DNA from: Marsupella aquatica
Taxonomy: Eukaryota; Plantae; Marchantiophyta
Direction: 5' to 3'
DNA: 64,000 nucleotides
Assembly (NCBI GenBank): GCA_973895155.1
Contig: OZ316895.1
Location: 2,715,659 to 2,779,658 of the forward strand
Part shown: one piece after another, positions 27,301-40,229 of the stretch
Layout: the number at the start of each line of letters is the position of its first letter
Position numbering within the stretch: position 1 is the stretch's first letter
Translations under genes and position numbers: made by a program
The notes under the pieces: model-generated
Seen by the model: only the letters and a program-made list of their open reading frames with translations
Databases searched by the model: none
What the model was told of the DNA's origin: nothing

Positions 27301-29367
27301 TAATGATGAGATGCCCTCATGATGAGCATCAACTGATGGGTGGACCATCTTTAGGTTTCAAGGCAAAAGCAAAAAAATATTGTTTAGCTTGGATGGATCT
27401 CCACTAATTCAAGATTTCTGCTCGGAAAGAATTCCTAAGTTTCTATTTAAAATATATGGAAAAATATATTCAAAGTTGGATGACACAACTATATTTGATC
27501 TATACAAAAAGCATTTTGTGATAAGCATTTTGAGATTCCAAGGGCATAGGTGAATATGTTGATTGAATCCACTTTTCGATGGAACATTCACGGTGTTAAG
27601 CCATATCTTCATCGTGTCTTAGAAAAAAACATTCCCCAAATCATCACTGCATTGTATGTACGTACATAAGTGTGATGCTCATTATGAGGACCACCCCTGT
27701 ACTTGTTACCCCCCTCTGAAATATTATGGTTAAAAAACAAAACTAAGGTATGATTACTTTGTGACGTGATTTCCTCTAAAACCCAATTCTTTGGATTCAA
27801 AGAATAATTTACAGGTTCTTATTAAATGACAACTTAGAGATGGTGTAAACCAAAGATTAAAAACTCCTTGTATATGTATCAAGGGAAAACCTGATAAACA
27901 CTCATTCCTTGAGATTATATTAAAACCAGTCTCGTTCATTTGCGTGAAGAGAAGTAATTCAATGAAACGAATTAAACTACAGAGGTCTAGGAAAAAACAC
28001 GTCAGAGAGAGGGGAATATGGAGGGGTTGAGATTAAGGCATTGGAGACTATGAACTTTGTATAACCTTCTGACTCTCAAGGTTGAGTTAATTCAGACACT
28101 TCAACTCAATGCATGTACAAAAGAGAGTATTATTTGGTTCCTAAGAATTCTATACAACAATAGGTGAGGGAGTACTGTAACGTGATGAAATGAATCAAGT
28201 TGTCAAACCTGGTTCCGAGAAACTGCATTATTTTAGAGAAAGATTTCATCAGAGCAGATCCAAAGTCTAGAGGATAATTGGTACCAAAGCCATCCTGATT
28301 TGAAGTGAGCTTAAAAAGATCCAAGTGTTGAGATGAAATGAAACTTACAACCCCAATGAACACAAATGAAATGTTTAATTTACGCACTTAGCACGTTTTG
28401 TAGTTATGTTCCAAAGATGACATGTAAACGTGCATTGGACCAGTAGTCAAAAGCTGTCAGTGAATTTGTCCCTTGCTGACAATGGTTACCTACACATAAC
28501 CTTTTTAGACTTCTATATCGTGAGACCATCAAGTTCCAGGAGTACCTGACACTGTAATGTAAGTCTGTGCTTCCGGACAACAGTGTCAAACTGTTGTATG
28601 CATCAAAAGTTGCGATTTGAATAACTTTGGACGGAAACCCATTCAAATGACAAGTGTATCACAGTCATCAAACATCAATTTCGAGGAGCCTCGACAAACA
28701 AGTAAACTACCCATTTTACTTTCCTAGACATCGCTAGATCTTGATTGAATTTCGGGAGCTCCATAGGCTCTGTCCTTCTAGCTACAGACCACAGTAGTCA
28801 GACTGAGAGTGCGGAATCTTTGTACAGAAGTTGTGAAATCAAATATGTCGAATTAAGTCTTCGAAATCCTGAAAGAGTTGCATTCGCGGCATGTAGAAGC
28901 GTTTATTACGAGAATGGCACGGTAGATCGAGGCAGATTTCACATTTCTGAAAGTCTACATATATAAAGTTGGAGCATACTAGAACCTTCAAGATCCACAC
29001 TAATAAATTTCCGGTACTGATCGAGGCAGAAAGAGCCATTGACTGCCTAAACATCTCACGCATATTTCCAGCTAGCTAACTACGTTTCAGGACAGTAAGC
29101 GGGAATTATTGAATGAAGGCAATCATGTCCACAGCTGTGGTTCAGGCTGAGTGGGTGCTCAAGCTCTAGAAGAGTTTGCCTCGTTTTCCACCTTCGACAT
29201 AACTAAAACTAAGTAACGAAGGAGCTAATGATGAATAGCTCGACCAAACCTAGATGTTGAAGAGTATGTGATGGTAAATCCAGTCAGCGTTGTGACCTGA
29301 CTTGATAAGTGCATTTGAAGTCTAAAAGCCGTTTACAGCGACCAAGCGTCATTGAACTGTAATGTAG

Positions 29368-31663
29368 TTATTGTGAGATCAGCTGCTGCAGATTGACAGG
29401 GTACGTTTCATTTGGGCCTCCACTCCACAAGCGAGATGCTAGGAGCCTGTTGGCAGACTCTGTAGGGTGATAAGGGTCCCAAAAGACGTAGCTCGTCCGC
29501 GCATTGCATAAATCAGAGACCGGCAGGCAAGGGAACTGCCCATTGAATCGTCCAAGACCGCAGCATCCCGCATTGCTTACTGTAAAACCTGCAATCAAAT
29601 CATTGAATTGATCACTAAACTCAATAATGTCATTTCCAGGGAGGCAGTGCTCTTCTGGGCCGGGTGCTGCGCTCCAGCAGTGTCTTCGCATTCCGCCAAT
29701 TCTAAGCTTGTTGACGAACTCAATCTAACGCAACAAGTACGGAATCTAATCTGAAAACTGCGGCTAAAGAGATCCAGAGAACACTGGCTCGTACCTTGAG
29801 CTACGGGGTCGTTGATAAGGGAGAGGACAATGTCGTAGACGTCAAAGTAGATAAAACGAGCGTTTGGCAGCTGGGAGTTGAGAGTATATATGAGGCTGCG
29901 CAGCCCGGCATTGAAGTTAACGGCGAGCTGGTTGATATTCGGCAAGCACTTGCCCAGCAAGTCGGTGGAGACCCGGCTTATCTGGTCTGGGATACAACCC
30001 AGCGGCCCCACACTCGCCACGACCATCTTGCGGGCCCCCAAGTTGTACAGACTCTGCTCTCGCCGCCATGCAACAATATGAACAAACCACGATAAAATTG
30101 AGATCTTGAAATCCAGTGAGACCCTTTGCACCTATTAATTCACACTCAGGTTGAATGTCACTAGATTCTTGGAGCCGTTTCTATCAGATATATAAGATAT
30201 TACTTGCGAGATCCCATTTTTGCATGCATATATAGGTTGTTTGTTCCACAGACGTCGACGTTAAGGAGATAGAGTGAGAGATGTCAGATTATATATAGTA
30301 GATCAGTGATAACCTGAACTAGCTGCGCGCACGTTGAGCTGGATTTGTGGGAATTGGACGGTCGGATACATTAAGAAATTCTAGCCCAAACATTTTAATG
30401 GAAAATCATCATGCATTCTACTGTAGTAGCTGGATGGCTCGTCGGGAGGATCGAGAAGCTAGGAAATCCAGGGGCTCACCGTGAGTTGACCGGAGAAGGT
30501 AGACAGGAGGAACTGCTGATAGGCCTCAGGGGTGTAGAGATTCCTTGTAGGCGAGTCGGTAGCTTGAAGGTAGTTGTTGATGTAGTCGTTACCCCCTACC
30601 ACCACCGCATACAGAGATTCTTCGAGGAATTGGTTCACTGTTGCTACTCCCTTCATGAAGTATAGCTCCAACATGTTGATCTCGAAATTCCGAATCTGCT
30701 CGTTCATCCCTATTCTCTCAAGCTGCGCGTTTTTGAACGACGCCAGTAATTAAGCCCAACTGATGCCAAATAAGGTCGGTCAAGTAGTGCCTTGCAATTG
30801 TGAGGAAGGTCATTCAGGGCATGAATATTACATAATTAACAGCGTTCTAATTTTCTGGCAAAATCAATGGCTATATGGAAGTCTTACATAGAGACTGCCG
30901 GTGGAGTCCAGAATTCCACCAGCTGCCGATCCATAGTTCACACCTTGCGTGAGGTTGTTGCCAGTCGTCGTCGGAGCCATGAAGGGCGGAGAATACGGCA
31001 AGCCTATCAATTCACCTGCAATTCAAGGGTAACGCATACGGCCAGATCAGAATTGGAGCAGTGCACACAGATAAAATATTGACACATCGTCTGCTAGCAT
31101 TGCCTGGCTCCGTCTCTCCTTGCTTCAACATTTGGAAGAAGTCCTGAACTAGCAGATACATAACTGAAATTAATCTTCAGTCACGGACTGCTAAGGATTT
31201 ACGAAGGTCTGAGCTCAGTTAGGAGACTATCGAATAGCTTCTAGTGTAAATGAATGGTTAAAGTTGGATTGTAACGGAGGTGGAGGACTTTACTGATGAA
31301 ATCCATCACCAGCTTGCCATTGCAGAAGCGTCCGGTAGCAATGCTCCCAGGGAAGTCGATGCCGTTGGGAAGGAAGTTTGATCTGGCTAGAGACCCGATG
31401 TAATTGTTGTTCCCCACGTCCACCAACGAGTCCCCAAAAATGAAGAACGCAGGCACCACTGGTGTTGTCGATGGCAATGGTGGAGGTGTCTGTGCTGGTG
31501 TCTGTGCTGGTGTCTGCGCTTGTGCTGCTGTTTGTGCTGTCAGTTGGCACTGCACAGACTCTGAAACCAAGCAGCACAGGATGATCACTCTGATGACGAA
31601 GACCAGAGACCAAGATTTCTCGAGCAAACTTAGCCCCATCGAGTTGCAGCTCGCGCATGCCAT
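29368..31663 (-). CDS. GDSL esterase/lipase (5 exons)
   Basis: FIFGDSLVDVGNNN and ATGRFCNG (exon 1), GVNYGSAAGGIL (~30890-31015), VGGNDYINNY (~30480-30720), YNLGARK..GPLGCIP (~29796-30054), CCG..VFWDPYHPTE (29368-29590). N-terminal signal/anchor region plus AQTP repeats. Confidence 0.95.
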
Positions 31664-33706
31664 CACGATATCGAGAAATCAAATGTGCGGTTGTGACATT
31701 TACTATTGGGCATATATACACATATGTATAAAATATAAATGGGACAGTAAGATCCCACCATATTCACAATCCTAAGTGACTCCCCCATCCTGTGGACACA
31801 ATCACGATCCTCCCAACAAAGTTCCCGGAGAAACAGGAGATTCAAATTCCACCAGAAAACTGTATAGACGGCTTTGCTTAGATCTAGGCAAGGGAACGTT
31901 TACCGTGAGCTCACCAGAGCAAGCTCATCGTGCAGCTATCAAGCTATGGAAGAGTTGGTTCCACGGTAACCAGCACCGCATTAAAGCCACCATCGATCTC
32001 TGCCCTGCAGGTGTCCAAATTAAGCCCTGGGAGGCTGGGCAGCTTTAGTTTGACAATTAGGGGGTCTCAATTATGAGACCGCAGGTTTCCAAAACGGGAC
32101 CGGGCTAACGTCCACTACATGGGCCCCGGTCACCACGTACGGACCCTGCAACGAAGGGGGGGTGGCATATCTGAAACCGTTCGGCGTTCGCAAAGCTCCC
32201 GATCGATTCAGCCTTCACCTCGTTGACCTTCTTCGCTAGCTCTGCGTCTACTAATCAATTCTTGTAATATCCTCAGTCCGCTATACCAGTGCACTCTCGT
32301 CGAAGGAGCTCGAGAGCTATGTGACATGTTCCTTCAATTATTCAATGCACCGAATCGACTTCGAACGATCGAGCATTTCAACTTTGTTGGTGTACTGCTT
32401 CCCTCGCGCTTTGCGCCTTCCTCTTTGTCAGCTCGAGCACTCTTGTGGGCCCGCGGGTCCATAATTAGTGGGTCTCAACGATAACGAAAATACCGAAATC
32501 GTCGATCCTGAGTCCAACTCACTTACTTACTACTGGCTGGGTGCCGCAGTGCTCGATCCGGGTGCTCTCTCGATAGTTGTGGGGACGAGATTAGCGGGGC
32601 GGAGCTGAGCCTCGTGCTCTGAACTTCGTTGTTTTCTTTCGTCCAGTTTGTATCATTAAACCCTCATTTTGAATTTGATTCCGACGCTCATTTCGAACGT
32701 CATTCGCTAATTGTTGTAGCGTACTTCTCAAATTTAGGACAATTGTTTCTCCTCACTCAATGTACACTTTTAGAATGCAAGTTGGGTATCACATTATTTA
32801 GAAAAGTCATTGAATATAGCTACATCATTCTAGTGATTCACTATTTTAACTTATTGAAAAACGCATTGAATGAGAAGGCAAGTCAGTAGCCTAGCTTGCA
32901 CCCTTTTGCGGGGTTTCCCTTTCCCTGCCCCCCTCTACAAAAAAGAAAGAAAGAAAGAAAGAAAGAAAGAAATCTCATAAGAAATGGAGAAGTTTCCATT
33001 GATATAGAAACTTTTATTGACAAGCTTGTCCTGAAAACCCAGATATCAAGTAAGAAATTAATCCGTGGACCCCCATGTTCATCCAAGGAATGTGTATTTG
33101 ATGAAGTGAAATCAATTTTCAACAAGGCGGTAATCGTCCGGGTAATCGACGGTTTTGAATCTCCCGATGGTCTTGGTGTGTGCTCGTACAAAAGAAAAGT
33201 AACGCTCAAAAGATGGAGGAGATTTATCAACGGAAGGTTGAATATGGAAGAATTGAGTTTTTTGATGGTTTTTGCTTACACATTAGAGAAATCATGTTTC
33301 TATCATTCATGATTGATAGTTTGTGAGTTACATTGAGCATTACCGCCACAAGACAGACTGGAGGACAACACTTAGCTATTGGCAAAAGAGCGCTTGTTGA
33401 TTCGGTGGGAAGAACACACAAAACAAACAAGTCATCGCTTCACATGAAGGATTTGTAGTTTTTTTTTATTTAAAAAAGCTATGGTGTGAGAGGGAGACCA
33501 ATGATTGTTTCTTTGACATAGAAGCTACATTTGGCGTCAACCTGTGTTCAGAGTGAGCTTCAGTTGAAGACTAGAGGAATGCAAACAATTCAAGCCGGGA
33601 AGCAAGCATTGTGGACAAGGGATGGCGACGTAATCAAAGAAATCAATTTTCAACGGCTAAGTTTGTGACAGTGATGAGATTGTGATATCTCTTAATCGAG
33701 AAAGGG

Positions 33707-34035
33707 TTTCCAATGAGCCTCAGATTGACAAATTTTGTCAAGTTCCAAATGAGTTTTTGAATTTCTTTGCCTTTCCAATGAGTGAGTATAAGAAATATTG
33801 ATCATGAGTCCATGAATTCTTTTAGCTTTCCAACATGATTGAGTCCGACATTGACAAATTTTACGTCAGATTTTGTCACGTTACTAAAGAGATCATGAGG
33901 TTTTCAATCTCTCTAGCTTTCTAATGTGTGACATTGAGAATATTCGTCAAAGAATTACAGAGATCATGAGTATATGAATTTCTCTAGCTTTCCAATGAAT
34001 CAAACATTGATAGATTTTATCAAGTACTAAGGAGA
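33707..34035. repeat. Degenerate tandem repeat, ~55-85 bp unit x~5
   Basis: Recurring tttccaatga...attgacaaatttt..caa...gatcatgag...gaatttctctagc. Confidence 0.65.
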
Positions 34036-37000
34036 TTGATTATTTAGTTTTACAATGTGAAGCCAAAGGGGTTTTAACTATGTACATTTTTATTGGTTGG
34101 TTTTTTCAAGCTTGCAAACAATTAAAAAATATAAGCATTTTGATATAAAACACTGATATATCTTTGACAAACATCAAAATGATAACTTTATTTTACTAAA
34201 TGACATATCTCCCTTTGTATTTTGGTTTTTTTTACGTTCAATATTTACGGTATGGCGCCCCAAAAATTACGTTGTTTTTGCCACAAACAGGAATGTGCAC
34301 GTTTGTTATTGTTAAAAGTATGATCATTCCTGTTTGTGGCTGGTTGTGATGATGTGGCTCAACCTCGTGGCAGGGAATTTGCAAGAGACCTCTCATGGGG
34401 GTCCGTAAAAAGTGTTGTTCAAGTAAATGAGAATGCCAAAATATATTATCCACTTAAACATTAAACCAAGTGAAAGGTAGAAGTTAGATACTAGAAGGTA
34501 TGAATCTTTTGATAATCTTTTGGCAATCTTTTTTATCCAATTGTACTCAAATATTTAAGAAAACCAATTGTGGTAGACGTTTGTGTCATTGAAGGGCACT
34601 CAGGAAGCAGTAGTCATATGGAGTCAATAACGACAGGAAATGGGGAGGCGTTTGAATTCAAATGCCAACATCTCCTTGTGAGGTATCATGGACATTTGTG
34701 AGGTATCATGGACATCCTATGTGGACATTTTTAGAAATAGAGGACTCTTTGAGCCAACCATTTCCCGTAACCACTGCATGAAGAGGCGGGTCAGACCCTG
34801 CCCAGGATAGCAAAAGAATTAGTACCAGGAGTGTGGCATGAGTTACTTCAGCACCGTAGCGCTTGGTACAAGCTAGTACCCATGTTTTATGGGGACACTA
34901 CCGGGCATCCTGACACCTATGTACTACATATACACATTTAGATATTTGAGCAATGAGTACATTGTTCTTAAATTTGAAGTCCATTGGTTAAATTTGAAGT
35001 CCATTGCTTATAAAGTTTACAAATGTTTAAGGTTTACTGTCCACATTAAACAAGTGCGACCTAAACAAAGCCCCACATAAATGTTTTTAAAGAACAAGGT
35101 AAACATACTTTATCTTTGACCTATATAGGTACATTGACTAGTACGATAAAATTAATGCACTTGTCAATGTACCTGTATAGGTATAATGCTTTGTGATTTA
35201 AAGAGAAATATGTGAACTTTGTAAGTTTTTTTATAAATTTTCTGCTCTATTTAATGGGGCTCGACTTAGGTGACACCTATTGACAGATCCACTTTTAGAA
35301 AGTTGTGCATTTTTTCATTAACTTTCTATTAATCATAATTTCATATACTTTTGTGTCATAAACTAGTCAATTGAAATTAAAATGGCTCAACATACTAAAA
35401 CTTATACTGATTTTTCAATTTTTTTAGATAAGTCAAATAGGCATGTATTAGAATGAACATGCTATACTATATAGGGAATCGCAATGCAATCCTGAAAATT
35501 GAGTTCATATTGTTTTTGACCATTGAGCAAACTACCCAAGGCATTAATAAGATATGAAACATCCAATCTACTCAAAACACCATTTACCTTAAACAGGACC
35601 ATAAGACCAAATAACTTTTTAAAGACCTAACTATGCCTTAAATTTTATCTTTTTTTTCTTAAGATTTCCAAAAACAAGGACAGTAAGATTAACTACCTAT
35701 CTGGAGGGAAAATGTTACTGGGACAATGAACAAAATTTGCAATCATGATTAATCTGGCCACTAACATGTAGTGTTAAACAGATTTCATTTGGTGATCTAG
35801 TTAGATAGTAAGAGAATAGCTTTTGCACAAAAGTAATTATTTTGTCACTAACAAAGGGACATTTTTGGACAAGATGCAAAGTAACAACAATATGTAAATT
35901 TATGTTTGTGTTTCAATCTTGTCATTGCAAGTTTGATTTGTCAGTGGGACCTTCATAGACATGCAACACATAAGTCCATGTAGGCTTTCACTTCCCTATC
36001 TACTAACGTGGTCTACTAAGTCTATTTTTCATAATATTACGCTAACATCATTAAAAGGTCACCTAATGTATTGAGAGAAAAACATATATGTAATTTGATC
36101 AGATCATCATGTAATTATTAAACACAATCTTCTTCTGATGGGTTCTCTAAGATTTACCTTGGCTTTAACTAGTATATCAATTAGGTTTATAGCTGTTTTA
36201 GCATAGTTCATATAAAAATCTAACAACTTCCCATAATGGCAGATATCCTGCCTAGAAAATGACTTTCTTTCATTAATAACAAAAACAATGGAAAAACATG
36301 TCCTATATCTTGGAAAATGGAACACTCCCCTCCACAAATCTTGGACATTTGAACAAATTATGAGATTTCATCTTCATGAGATTCCTCATTTTCCTCTTTT
36401 TTCTACTACTCTCATTTTCAATGAACAAATTTTGATTCTTAGTTTTCATCACAATTTTTCTCTTGTACACCTATTATATCCATATATATATTTTTAATTC
36501 TTTTACTAGCCCCCAAGTGAGTGACATTTATGGGTCGCCACACTTCAAAAGACATATAACTTATTTTTAGATCCATAATGGTTGTCTGAATATATCTTAA
36601 ATCATTGCACCTTGAGAGTTAGCTTAATGTATTACATTTTTGGATGCAACATGCAATTCTAGCTAGCTACTACAAATACTTCTATTCTAGAAAAAACTTA
36701 AATTATAAATAATTTCTATTTCTATTATTTATAATGATTTTTTTATACAATTATATATTTAAAAATATTCCACACATTTGAGTTTAAATTATATTTACTT
36801 TTATATTATAAATCTTTTCAGCTAATTTTTATAAAAAAATTACCTATTTTTGATCACACATGATTCTTATATCTTTCAATTATTGACCCCTTGAGCAACA
36901 TATGTGATGAGATTGCATTTTGCACAACTTACTTTGCCATATGTTATTGACTCAAGACCAAGACAATTGAAGACCTAAATATCAAGGCAAGTATCAAGAA

Positions 37001-39229
37001 GCTGATCATTTTTCAAAGGAAGCCATTTTATTTGTTAAAACAAAAACTACGTGATGAATTGATTTTTTTAGAGTATTTTCTTTTGCTTCATAATATCTTA
37101 TTGAACTTGAGAGCCACTTACACAATGTAGGATATGAAGATAAATAGCTGATGATTTATCAAGGAAAAAACCAGGTAGGACTTATGATGGTGAGTTGATG
37201 TTGGATGGTACAACAAGATTGTCTACATAAAAAAATCAATTATCTTTGTTTTTTTGCTGCGTTGTGGGGGCCCCTTGGCTTGTTGGATGCTCCTATTAGT
37301 GATACATTGAAAAAAGATGTTTATAATTATACATTGTTAAAACTAGATCCCCTTATACATGCATGTTTGAGAATTATTGCAAAGACTCTTATTCACTGAA
37401 ATCTAATTGTAAAAAAAAAACTTTATCACTCTCAAATATTTCTATTTATATTTAGAGTTTAGAAAAAAATTTATTTAGATGTGTTCCGCAATCATAGGTC
37501 TCATTATATATTGTATATAAATCAAAACCATAAATTAAAAAACTATTTATAAGTTGAAGTAATAGTAATATGGTGCACAACAGCTGAAAACAATAGAATA
37601 TTGTTAATACTTTATTTTTTTACAAAATTGTAAAACAATCAAGCTTTTAAAAATAACCACATATGTATGGTACAATTGACAAATAAACTTATAACGTGAG
37701 CTGCCCAGTATGATGCCGTGACGAGTGAACTTGAGTTGTTGAAATTAAAGCCACAAAGCAGGATTCAAGGCCTTCAATCAAGCTGTCATACAGGATCTTC
37801 TGCAATAAATAATGTGCATGGATGGATACAAAGGTGCAGAACAAGCTTTGAAGTAGAACCAGATACACATTGCACAATTGGCAAATAAACTTTTAGGGTG
37901 CACTGCGCAACATGATATTGTGACCACTGAATTTGAATTGTTAAAATTGAAGTCACAAGCAGGATAATTGGTGGCCTTTAACAAAACCTGTGCAGTATAC
38001 AATGTGCATGGAAATTAGCATAACCATTAGTCACTGTAGAGGCAGGCTGGTGAAAGAAAAAACAAAAACAAATTGTATAAAGTCTTGTGAAAAACGGGGT
38101 GAAAAAGTTATGTAGACCCCGGTTATGACCTATTCCTTATGACCGAATGCCATCATATGTAATTTCCAAGCTTAAAGACTCCCTAAGTAATAGTCAAGCA
38201 TCATGATGATTGCCGGAACCATCAACCAGATCACTATGTCAATCTCGACTGTCAGTCTTTCTTTAAAGGAAAAAGAATATAAATTGCAAAAATGATAAAT
38301 AACAAATGAACTTGCACCATGTATTACTCCATATGATGCTGTGATCAATGAAGAGTAGGATAACATGGATTGAACAAGTGGATTGTACATGCAATGGGCA
38401 AGAATGTGCACAAGTGGTTTTTTTTCAAAAACTGAAATTAAAACAAAAAATTGACTGAGGAATTTGAAGAGAAAACAAGTGGAGCATAGTAAACCCGACA
38501 CTAAACCAGTTCTACCACTCTACAATATTGAAGCAAAATAGCACGTGGAGTCTTGTACATTAGTGCCTTCAACCTCTAATTAATGTCCAGCCAACTCTAA
38601 ACTTGCAATCATGCCAAACGCAACAAAACAAGGTTATCACCCATGTTTTCACTGTCCGACACAATGTCTATTTGTCGGACATGACAAATGACAACTTGTC
38701 GGCTAAAAAATGGGTCATTTGTCAGATATTCCTCTATATTCCCCGCCCCGGGACCAACCCCCTAACCCTACTCCCGGCCCCTCCCCCCGCAACTGACCCC
38801 CCGACCGTCCCTCCCGCCGTCCCCCCGCATTTCATTCACGTAACTTATTGATTGAACTTCCTGCTTCATTGTGGACTATAATTCTATATTGCACAAACAA
38901 TCATGGCAAGTGGGGGCATGAAAGTAGTCAAGCAGCAGAAAGCTTTAGGGCATGAAATATTAGGCAAAAACGATATCTCTGATAATGACAAGCAGCCAGG
39001 AGGCCGACAACACAACCACGAGCAGGCAGAAAATGAAAGGTCGCAACCTGCAAGGGCCCCGGCCCTTGCCTTTGGGACCCATACAACCCGGCGTCAGGCC
39101 TGGCATAGGAGGGGGATGAGGCAGAAAACTCTCCTTCATACACATCAAAGTATATAAAATTAAGAATGTTCCACAGTTTTTGCATTGGTTTTCAACACCT
39201 TCAGTGCAATGAGGGATTTACAATATCTT

Positions 39230-39405
39230 TTACACGATGACATCCTTTACACAACGGCATCTTTTGCGGAATGTCATCCTTTATGCACTGACATTGTTTG
39301 CATAACTTCATCATTTTTGTAAATAACAACTTTACTTAACGACCTCTTTTGCGCGACAACATCTCTTACTTAACAACAACATCTTTTCCAGGAGTACATC
39401 TTTTG
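39230..39405. repeat. Degenerate ~17 bp periodic array
   Basis: gacatcctttacacaac / ggcatcttttgcggaat / gtcatcctttatgcact / gacattgtttgcataac / gacctcttttgcgcgac / aacatctcttacttaac. Confidence 0.65.
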
Positions 39406-39654
39406 TGCAACGCATGGGGATTGAACTTTGAACTTGCCTCAGACATAACTGCAGTTTAGGGCCAAATTTTTGAGGACCCTCCACATGCAAGTTGGCCCTT
39501 AATCTTCTCTCCTTTCAAGTTACAGGATCCCCCCCCCCCCCTCAATAATCCCCCTTGTGGACTACCCTAGTCCCTTGGTAATTTCTCGTGTGGATTGCTC
39601 CTTAGTGTTGCATACTTTAAAGATAGCCAATGGTTCGTTCCACGAACTGTTAGT

Positions 39655-40205
39655 GCAGAGCATCACGTTACCTCATGTTGTGAGTTCTCGCGTTCTATCA
39701 CTCATCAGCCTCTGAGAGCGCTGCGCTGGTTTGATTTGTCTGTTCGTTCGCAGCTATGCACAATAGTAGGTTGAAGACTCTTGTTGAAGCTCTCCGCAGC
39801 AATCTGAGCTCTATTACTTAACACTCTGTCTCGTTCAAGTCGTTCGCAAGCAGGTGGAAACATGTGAGGCTCAAGCTTCCGCTAAGAAATCTTAGCTCGA
39901 TCGACTCACTCTCTCAGCACAGAAATCTTGGCTTACATATAATCTGCCGGTGTACGCACGAGCTTTTCCAGCATTCTGTGATCTTTGAATTCAGTGATCT
40001 TTGAATTTGACGTACTAAAATTTCTGCAATTATGGCTCCTGCAGTTCAATTGAATGTCTCTGCGGCAATTGGGACTTCCGGTTATGATGGTCTAAGAAGC
40101 AACTGACAAAAATTTAGAATCCCGCCTTGCTACTTCCTCTGTCCCGTGCGATTTCTCCCTGCGGACGGAAGGACAACACTTGAGGAGAGCGCTCACTTCG
40201 CTCCG
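39655..40205 (+). promoter_or_regulatory. HCAR upstream region/5' UTR, inverted paralogue of the lumazine synthase upstream region
   Basis: Blocks gttgtgag, cgttcgcagcta, gcaatctgagctct, aagaaatcttagctcgatcgactcac, tttgacgtactaaaatttctgcaat..atggctcctgcagttca and ggagagcgctcacttcgctc match the reverse complement of 49545..50195. Confidence 0.85.
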
Positions 40206-40229
40206 GCAGAGTGAGAGCATCAGTAAGCC

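Noticed and set aside
34770-34930. GC-richer island with tRNA-Leu-like start (gtcaggatgcccg on minus) or LTR-like end
   Set aside because: No cloverleaf or B-box, and no second LTR or primer-binding site found
35000-38500. AT-rich region, likely decayed DNA transposon
   Set aside because: No recognisable transposase motif or termini
40032-40229. MAPAV.. as the HCAR start or a shared transit peptide
   Set aside because: It stops at 40104-40106. The ATG at 40230 gives a Ser-rich transit peptide that splices in phase to exon 2.
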